Positions 56,627 to 64,000 of a DNA stretch of 64,000 bases are shown here, in pieces. The notes beneath the pieces were generated by a model. The model made no database searches. It saw only the letters and a list, made by a program, of their open reading frames with translations, and was not told the DNA's origin. Every line of letters starts with the position of its first letter. Position 1 is the stretch's first letter. The DNA is taken from the NCBI GenBank assembly GCA_034722035.1, contig JAYENK010000029.1:5739-69738 (forward strand). The letters run 5' to 3'. A program made the translations under genes and the position numbers. This stretch comes from Patescibacteria group bacterium (lineage in GTDB: Bacteria; Patescibacteriota; Patescibacteriia; Patescibacteriales; UBA12075).

Positions 56627-56704
56627 TTTATGTTATAATTAACATAAGCTGTTGATTACTTTACCAGATAAATAATTTTTAATTCTTAATTAAATCTCTC
56701 CCCC

Positions 56705-57397
56705 ATGCCTGAAAATTACTCAGAACAAACCAATACACCAGAAGATTCTATTTCCGGTCATTTTGTTAAGCTAAAAACAAGTCAGAAGGTTGCTTTTGTA
56801 GTCCTGGCTTTTTTTGCTGTTTTTGTATTTGGCGCTTGGGTGGTTCAGCTGAAAAATAGCATAGTTTCGCCTTTGGCACGTCCCGCTGCGGTAGCGACTG
56901 ATAACTCAAATAACGCAAGTATTTGCACCGGCCCGAATTGTACTGACGGTACAATAGAAGAATTAAAAGCAAAAGACACAGACAAAGACGGATTAAATGA
57001 TTATGAGGAACTGGAAATATATAAAACTTCACCTTATTTAGAGGACAGTGACAGTGATGGTTTCAGTGATTACGAGGAAGTGCAGTCGGATAATGACCCC
57101 AATTGTCCGGATGGGGCAAATTGTGGTTCGGTTCCGGTGCCAAACAGTTCTAAAGAATTAATTGAGACTGATTTAAGTTTGCCGGAGCAGAATTTAGGCG
57201 TAGATCCATCGATTTTTGCCAAAGATAGCGTTGTACTCGAAAATATTTTACTCGGACAAAGCGATGTTGAATCTTTGCGCGCGCTTTTGCTTCAGTCCGG
57301 TATGGACGAAAATTTGCTTGGACAAATTAATGATAAGGATTTAATGAAATATTATGAAGATACGCTTAGTTCAATGAATGAGGCGAGCGTAAAGTAA
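56705..57397 (+). CDS. Membrane-anchored extracellular protein with paired canonical EF-hand / TSP3-like calcium-binding loops
   Basis: TM anchor; DTDKDGLNDYEE ...(11 aa)... DSDSDGFSDYEE, followed by DNDPNCPDGANCG. Confidence 0.5.
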   Translation: MPENYSEQTNTPEDSISGHFVKLKTSQKVAFVVLAFFAVFVFGAWVVQLKNSIVSPLARPAAVATDNSNNASICTGPNCTDGTIEELKAKDTDKDGLNDYEELEIYKTSPYLEDSDSDGFSDYEEVQSDNDPNCPDGANCGSVPVPNSSKELIETDLSLPEQNLGVDPSIFAKDSVVLENILLGQSDVESLRALLLQSGMDENLLGQINDKDLMKYYEDTLSSMNEASVK

Positions 57398-57424
57398 ATA
57401 AACAAATTCATAAAATTATATATA

Positions 57425-60400
57425 CATGAAAAATTTTGTTAAGTTTAAAAAAAATATAACAGTTTTATTTACTTTAATGTTTTTGTTTGCAACTTGCTTG
57501 GTATTTGGTCCTAATGTTGTTTTCGCGGATTCTTTTTTTGATTCTTTCTTGGGTCCGCCGGCAATTGAGACAAAAGATACTAGGTTAAAAAGATTGATTA
57601 GTGGAATTGACAAAAGTAATAAAGCCAAGGAAAAAGAAGATAAAGTTAAGCAAAATCTTGGGTCTAAATTGTATTACAGCACTCTAAGTAAGGCCTTAGG
57701 TATGATTGCTTATGATACTGCTACTTGGATTGGTTCCGGTGGTGAGGGTCAAAAGCCATTGTTTATTAAGGAAGGCTGGAGAGAATATTTGGTGAATGTA
57801 AGCGATAATGCGGCTGGTAAATTTATAGAAACATTAGGGAAAGAAAACGGCTATCTTGAGTTTGATCTTTGTGAGCCAAGTTTTGCCGGTAAATTCTCAA
57901 TCAATTTGGGTCTTCATAGCAAGTACAGTGGTCGAGATAAGCCTGCCTGTACTTTTTCTGAAATGAGAGATAACTGGGAAGCTGAATTAAATCGTCCTGA
58001 TTTTTTAAGTCGGTTTAAAACCGTGTTTAAGCCAGAATCTAATGATGTTGGCATTGCTTTATCGGCTCACACTAAGATTATTGAAGAGCAGGCAATTAGC
58101 TTAAGGTTTAAATCGCTTGAGCGTGAGGAAGGTGATTCTTGGCTTGATGTGCGAGATATTGCCGGAGACCTAAAAAGTCCTCCTGGTTGGGCTAAACGAG
58201 AAGCCAATGATTTAAAAGGACCACTGATAGATAATTTTGGACAGATATCTGGTGATATTTTAGTTGACGCAGCTAACATATTTCTTAATCAATTAGCAAT
58301 TACTGCGATTAACAACTTGATGCGCTCGTTGGGGCGTGATTTAGATACTTATACTTCGCCTTATTCTTGGGATAATCCAGACGCCGGACCAATCCGGGGC
58401 GGAATAGTGGCCGCCAAAGAACGTTTCCGTAAAATTATTGAGCCGATATTCGATGTACGTGGAGATTATAATATTTTGAGCGAATTGTCAGTTTGTCCGG
58501 ATCCGAATAAAGCTGGTCCGACTAATTGTGTTTTGGACGATCAATTTCAAAGCGCGATTGAGGCTAAGTTAACTGTAGCGGAAGCGATGGAGGAGGGATA
58601 TCTAAAAAAAGACGGCGTGTTTGGGTTTTTGTCCGGGAACGATTTAGAGCCAAATTATATTGAGGGCTACCCTTATCGTAGTATGAAAATACTGCGCAAA
58701 TTTCGAATAATTCCGGTTGGTTGGGAATTAGCCGCGCAATATATCGCCGAGCACCCCGAGGACGTTGGCGGGGTTAAGACTTTGGAAGATTTAGTTGTTT
58801 GTTATGACGGCAATGACCCACATATCGGACAAGATGATTATCAAGAAGTTTGGTGTAAGGGTTTGGTTGATCCAAATTGGGTTTTAAAGGCGCCGCTTAA
58901 TTATTGTGGGCGTGAAGGTCCTGGTCCGGAGATAGTGAGCGAGGAAGTGCTCGGCAGTGGTGAAGATAGCTATTTATCTATTAAACGCAATGAAAATTAT
59001 TGCGCCGATGAGCAGGCTTGTATCCAGGAGAATCAGGATGGCTCTTGTGAATACTATGGTTATTGCACGGAAGAACGGCGCAAATGGGATTTTGACGGGG
59101 AAAGTTGTAATCCTTTATATAATACTTGTCAAACTTATCGTTCTAGCGGCGGACAAACCGTTTCTTATTTGAATAATACGTTAGACTATGGTTCTTGCGG
59201 CGCGGATAATGCCGGTTGTTTGGCTTATTGTGAGGAATACGATAATGTGAATAATTTTAAGTGTAATGGCGTGAATGACGCTATTTTGCGGGCTGACGCC
59301 GGCATTGAAGCTTGCGATTATTCGAGCGAAGGATGTCATGAATTTATCCGTTTTAAACCAGGACTTGGTTCTAATTTACTTATTAATTCAAGTTTTGAAG
59401 ATTATGATGGAATTGCCAATAATGATGACGGAGGAAATATTGATAATGTGGCTGAGATTGGTCTAGGGGATTGGGAAATAATAAGTGAAGCCTATATTGG
59501 GAATTCTGCTTTACATTTAATGGGTGTTCTTGATTTAAGTGATGTTTTTGGACCAGATAGTTGGATGGTTGGCGGGCAAGGTTATACTTTTTCTTTTTAT
59601 GCAAAAGATTGTAGTGCCAATGCTGATGATACCGCTGGTTTGGGCGTGAATGGAGACGATGAAACAATCACAATTGCCTCTCATCCGGATTGGCGTTTTT
59701 ACACTTTGTCCAAGGTTTTTTCGGATGATGTTAATACTCCGACTCTAAATATTAAGTTTAATATAAATGACACTTGTGATATTGACGGGTTAAAATTAGA
59801 AATGGGAGCTGAGGCAACTGTTTGGAGTGACTACAGGGATAATGGTTTGGTTTATCAAAAATTAGCGCCGGATCATTTGACTTGTGATGGAGATAGTGAT
59901 CCATCAGAATGTAGTCGTTTTGTGCGAGAATGCACAATTGGTGAGTTTGGCTGCGATCTTTATACAGCGCAGTCCGATGGGATGACTATTCCGGCTCGAG
60001 TGGCGAATGATGATTATTGTCCGGGAGCGTGTGTTGGTTATGACGAATATGTTCAGCGTTCAAGTAGTTTTGATTCGGAAACACTTAAAAAAATTATTCC
60101 AAATACAGCCAGAAATTGCAACGCGCAGGCGGTTGGCTGTGATGAATTTACTAATTTAGATAGAATCGGTGAGGGTGCAGAAGCGCGTGAGTATTATAGC
60201 GAGCTTAAACAGTGTGTGATTGAAACCGAGGAAACACCTAATCCGGATTGTAGCGCTTTTTATACTTGGGAAGGAAGTTCGGAAACCGGTTATCAACTCA
60301 GGGTATTTAGACTCAAGGCGGATGGAAGTGGAGAGCCGATTTTGACTAATAACGGGCTATACAATGATTTGGATTGTGCATCAACGACGTATGATTTGGA

Positions 60401-63400
60401 AATAAATCCAATGTGCCGTGAGTTCTATGATCCAAGCGGAGAACGTTTCTATGAGTTTTTACCCTATGTGATTACTTGCAGTAATAATTGCCATCCTTAT
60501 CGGCGTAGTGTTAAAAATATTTTACCCAGTATAGTCGAGGCTTTTGCTCTTTGCCAGTCTGATTGTGGCGGTAATCCATTGTGTTTAGTAGAATGTAGTA
60601 ATACAGATGACTGTAATATTGACAGCGGAAGCAGAATATGCGAGTTTGACGATGGAAAAGCGGTATATTGTAAAGATGGCGGTCTATGGCGGTACGACCA
60701 TCAATCTTGTCTTTATCAGGCGATTCCGGATGAGGGGGTAAAATGCAACGCAAGCGCGGCTGGTTGCCGTGAATATACCGGCCCTAGCGGGTATAATATC
60801 CGGCGATTGTTTGCAGATAATTTTGAGTCAGGTCATACCGATGATTGGACCGGTCTAAATACGATTGAACCCAGTAGCGAATCACTTTTGGTTGGTGGCC
60901 ATTCTCTTTATGTTAACAATCCCGGTGCGAGCACTTCTAAAGACGTACACACAATAGTACGGACAGGCAAAACTTATATTTTGCGTTTTATTGCACGTAG
61001 TCCGCTTGATCAAATAATAACAGCTTATTTTGCTTCCACCACTGCTTCGGGGGCTGATATTGCAACAACCAGTTTTAACGGTCAGGCTGAGATAGACTCT
61101 GAGTGGCAAATTTTTGAGCTTAATTCCAATATAATTGAGCGTGATATTTGGGGAGAGGAAGTGTTAATAATAGCGGGAACAGACGAATTTTATATTGATG
61201 ATATTCAATTAATTGAAGTAACGGACCGATATTATTTAATTACCGATCCTTGGAATACGCCGGATGTTTGTTATAAGGACATATTTGGCAATGGTCAAGG
61301 AGAGGATTTTAATCTTGGCTGTGAGATTTACATCGACAGGGACGATAATATTAATTATATTCATAGTTTTTCCAATTTATGCCAGGATGACGCGGTTGGC
61401 TGTGAGCTTATGATTGATACAAATAATTATGATGATAGCGCCAGTTCAACTTGGTTTGGTAGTGAGCAAGCAGATTGTGATGTTGCGATAAATGATGATT
61501 GTCGCGAAGTAGAGGAAGATGAATATAAATATGTAGTGTATAATTCGGATAAATTATGCAATTCTACAGAAAAAGGTTGCCAGCTTTTAGGCAGCCCATA
61601 TAATTATGAAGATACAACCCTATATTCGTCCGTATATTTGAAAAATGATCCTAATGAGTATGGTCGGATTTTATGTGAATATCAGGATGAAAATTGCGCG
61701 GCCTGGACTATGAATAATTCGTCTGATTATTTTAAAGATCCGGGGGATATGGTTTGTGAGTGGCGAACCGAAGCAAGTGGAAATATAAGTAATTCAGCCT
61801 GGTATAAAAAGAAAATTAAGCGTTGTGACGAGAATGATAATGGAAGTATTGAATTGCTTGAAACCAGTGTTTGTCAGAATGATAATGACTGTAGTGCTGG
61901 CTTTTGTATTCTTGATGAAAATAATCATCCTTGTGAGTTTGATAAGCTTAAAACAATTGGCTATGGCGGATATGGCAATGTAATTTCTCAGCCAACTATG
62001 GATGGCGATAATAATTGGGTCGGGCTTTGTCCGGCTGATGAATCCGGTTGCAGTGAATACATCGATCCAATCTCTCGTTTTAATCCAAACACTATATTTA
62101 ACGCGTCTTTTGCCGATCTTGATGGCGATGGCAATCCCGCTGATGGTTGGAGTGGTAGTTCGCAAAGAGTAGATGTTGAGCCTTATACCCTGTATCGATT
62201 TGGCGGAAAAGGTACCGGTGATTCGATTTTGGATTGTGACAATCCTATTTATTGGCTTTCGACAGACAATATGCTTAACGATACGACAAATCCGCGTACG
62301 TTTAATATTGGCGCTATCTATCAAAGTCGTTTAGTCTATACAGACTCTAATACTGTTTGTACAACATCGGTAGAAAATGCGACTGAAGTAGATGGTAGAG
62401 AAATTGAATTGCGTGAAGTTGTTGTTGATTATCAGCTTCAGCAAGAACTTGATCAAGGAAGTTGTACCGGTTTAGTGGAATATGATAATGGATGCGTTTT
62501 ATTTAATAAAAGAACTTTTGATAAAGATGGGTGCAATGAGCTTGATTCTGATGCGGATCATTCGATTGGCTCAACTACGTCCGCACCACCGGTGGCAGGA
62601 GTGGTTGACGCGGACAATGATTCAAATGTTGTTCTAAAAGTTACACCTAATCGGATCTGTGATAAATGGTTGGCCTGCAAATCATATGTAAAAGAAGATG
62701 AGGAAACTATTTGTTATGACCTTGGGCTTTGTGATAGTTTGAATCGGAGCGGTAACTGTGATTCCTTTGTTATAGAAAAGAAGAAAAATCAAAGTTACGC
62801 ACTTTTTGATGGTGGGTATTTTGCCAATAAAAGCGGGTATTCGCTTAGTGGCTTAATGGACAGTCAATTTGAAACCGATTACTATCCTGTGGGAGAAATG
62901 GAGCAAGTTGGTAATGTTGCTCAAGTGGCGAATGGGGGTTTTGAAGTTTACGGTGATAATAATTATCCGATAAGCTGGATGCCTGTTAATTCCAGTTGGG
63001 ACGAAAATGATTTTCGCGTAATTAGCAATCCTTTTGGCTCTGAAAGAGAGAGTATTGAACGCGCCCTCAAAGGCAGAAGTTTCTTAAAACTCGGTTTTAG
63101 CCATATGGCCGTTTCCGAATTCATTAACGTGGAGCAGAATACGGAATATACCCTTTCCGCTTTTATTAATACCATAAATTTGTATGAAGGCGAGGCCAGG
63201 ATCAGCGTTCAAAAATATGATTGTTCCGGTTCTAGGCAGGGTGGTAGCTTTGATGTTCACGGCGCATCTTTGTCGTCAGGAGAAAAATGGACATTTGTTT
63301 CGGGACGATTTAATATTTTAGGAACGGCAAATCGGATCAAGTTAACCTTGTATGTCGATTCACCCGGGGACGTAGAAGGAAATTTTTATTTTGATGATAT

Positions 63401-64000
63401 AAAATTGCGTCCGGCTCTAAATGTACGAGATATTATTGCTAGTGGAAACACTCAATATGTTTCTCAGACTTGCCGCTTATATCCAAAAGATGATGCTTTG
63501 TCTTGTGAATATTTTGAGGAATCGGGCATTAAAAATAAAGGCATATACGGTTATTGTCTGGAATATGATCGCGCGCCCGGTTCTAAGGACACTTGCATTT
63601 TGTGGTATCCGGTGGACAGGGTTAAAGGTGATGGGATTGAAGGGGGGGCTGGTTATAACGGGAAAATGCCGGTTTATTATTGTACAGACGCAATTCCTAT
63701 TTTTGGTTTTCAAGGAGAATGGAAAGATTGGCTTGTTCCGAAGGGTGGGAGTTGTGGTGACATTATTATAAATAACGATCGTTTTAACGCGTATATGAAT
63801 ACGGATGAACCAGATGGATTGACTGGTGGTGGATGCGACGGTGATTACGGCGGTCTTCGCAATCGTCCTCCAGGTTGGGGTGGGGGCACGTTTAATGATT
63901 GTCCAGGAAATTGTGCTGATACCAGGCAAAGCGACTATCTTTTGCCTAGTCCAATAACTACAGATGCAAACGACAGATCATGGTATTATTTATCTTTTTA
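57425..64000 (+). CDS. Giant (more than 2,170 aa, 3' partial) Cys-rich extracellular protein with several CBM4/9-like jelly-roll modules. The signal peptide is separated from the body by a 1-nt frame change in a T6 tract, so the gene is a possible pseudogene or phase-variable gene.
   Basis: ATG 57425 encodes MKNFVKFKKNITVLFTLMF, then T6 at 57479-57484. The original frame stops at 57512-57514. The adjacent frame (open from 57477 to the window end with no stop) continues ...FATCLVFGPNVVFA|DSFF.... Downstream there are repeated xGC(x)E(F/Y) Cys motifs and modules such as NSSFEDYDG...GNSALHL..., DNFESGHTDDW...GGHSLYV..., ANGGFEVYGDNNYPISWMP... Confidence 0.55.

Noticed and set aside
23584-56696. 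AT-rich tandem repeats as a possible CRISPR array
   Set aside because: Units are only about 15 bp, occur as dimers without unique spacers, are dispersed across many loci, and include in-frame coding copies. No cas genes are present, so they are not CRISPR.
57425-57514. Reading the giant gene as one uninterrupted ORF from ATG 57425
   Set aside because: Careful codon counting shows six T at 57479-57484. The ATG frame hits TAA at 57512-57514, and the long open frame is the adjacent one. It is therefore reported as a frame-shifted or possibly phase-variable gene rather than a clean CDS.

Overview
This is a low-GC bacterial window that reads as a Candidate Phyla Radiation (Patescibacteria)-type genome. 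It uses standard code 11: TGA acts as a stop and TGG as Trp. Most of the window is core machinery. The + strand carries rpsL-rpsG-fusA-tuf, then rpsJ and the long S10/spc/alpha ribosomal-protein run rplC through rplO to secY. L30 is missing between rpsE and rplO, and several ribosomal proteins carry Lys-rich extensions. rpoB-rpoC lie later in the window. Also present are map, ruvA, leuS, rsmA, a FemAB-family transferase next to a Mur ligase, and a 4-subunit pyruvate:ferredoxin oxidoreductase (POR) on the minus strand. The accessory content is: (1) the window starts inside an HlyD-family membrane-fusion protein followed by a histidine kinase and a lone receiver; (2) right after secY, where adk-infA-rpmJ-rpsM would normally sit, there is a MacB/FtsX-type ABC pair whose ATPase has a duplicated C-terminal module of unknown function; (3) a two-component cluster of a dual-receiver response regulator, a multi-TM PAS histidine kinase and a second paralogous dual-receiver regulator; (4) the POR operon is split between porA and porB by about 1.9 kb of co-oriented genes (RelBE-like toxin-antitoxin pair with a palindromic operator, a TrbC/VirB2-like pilin with a Cys-rich tail, and a DUF4258/DUF2283 pair); (5) a cell-surface locus at the 3' end with a HicBA toxin-antitoxin pair, two secreted proteins carrying paired EF-hand/dockerin-like calcium loops, and a giant Cys-rich protein of more than 2,170 aa containing several CBM4/9-like jelly-roll modules. 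The giant gene runs off the window, and its signal peptide is split by a 1-nt frame change in a T6 homopolymer, which could be a phase-variation switch or an assembly error. Two short dispersed motifs recur: an AT-rich AATTAAAAATTAAGAATTA element in tandem dimers at gene junctions (and in-frame inside leuS), and a 17-bp exact repeat containing the dyad TTCGAATTATGCGAA upstream of the POR/dsbA genes. No rRNA, tRNA or CRISPR array was found in this window.
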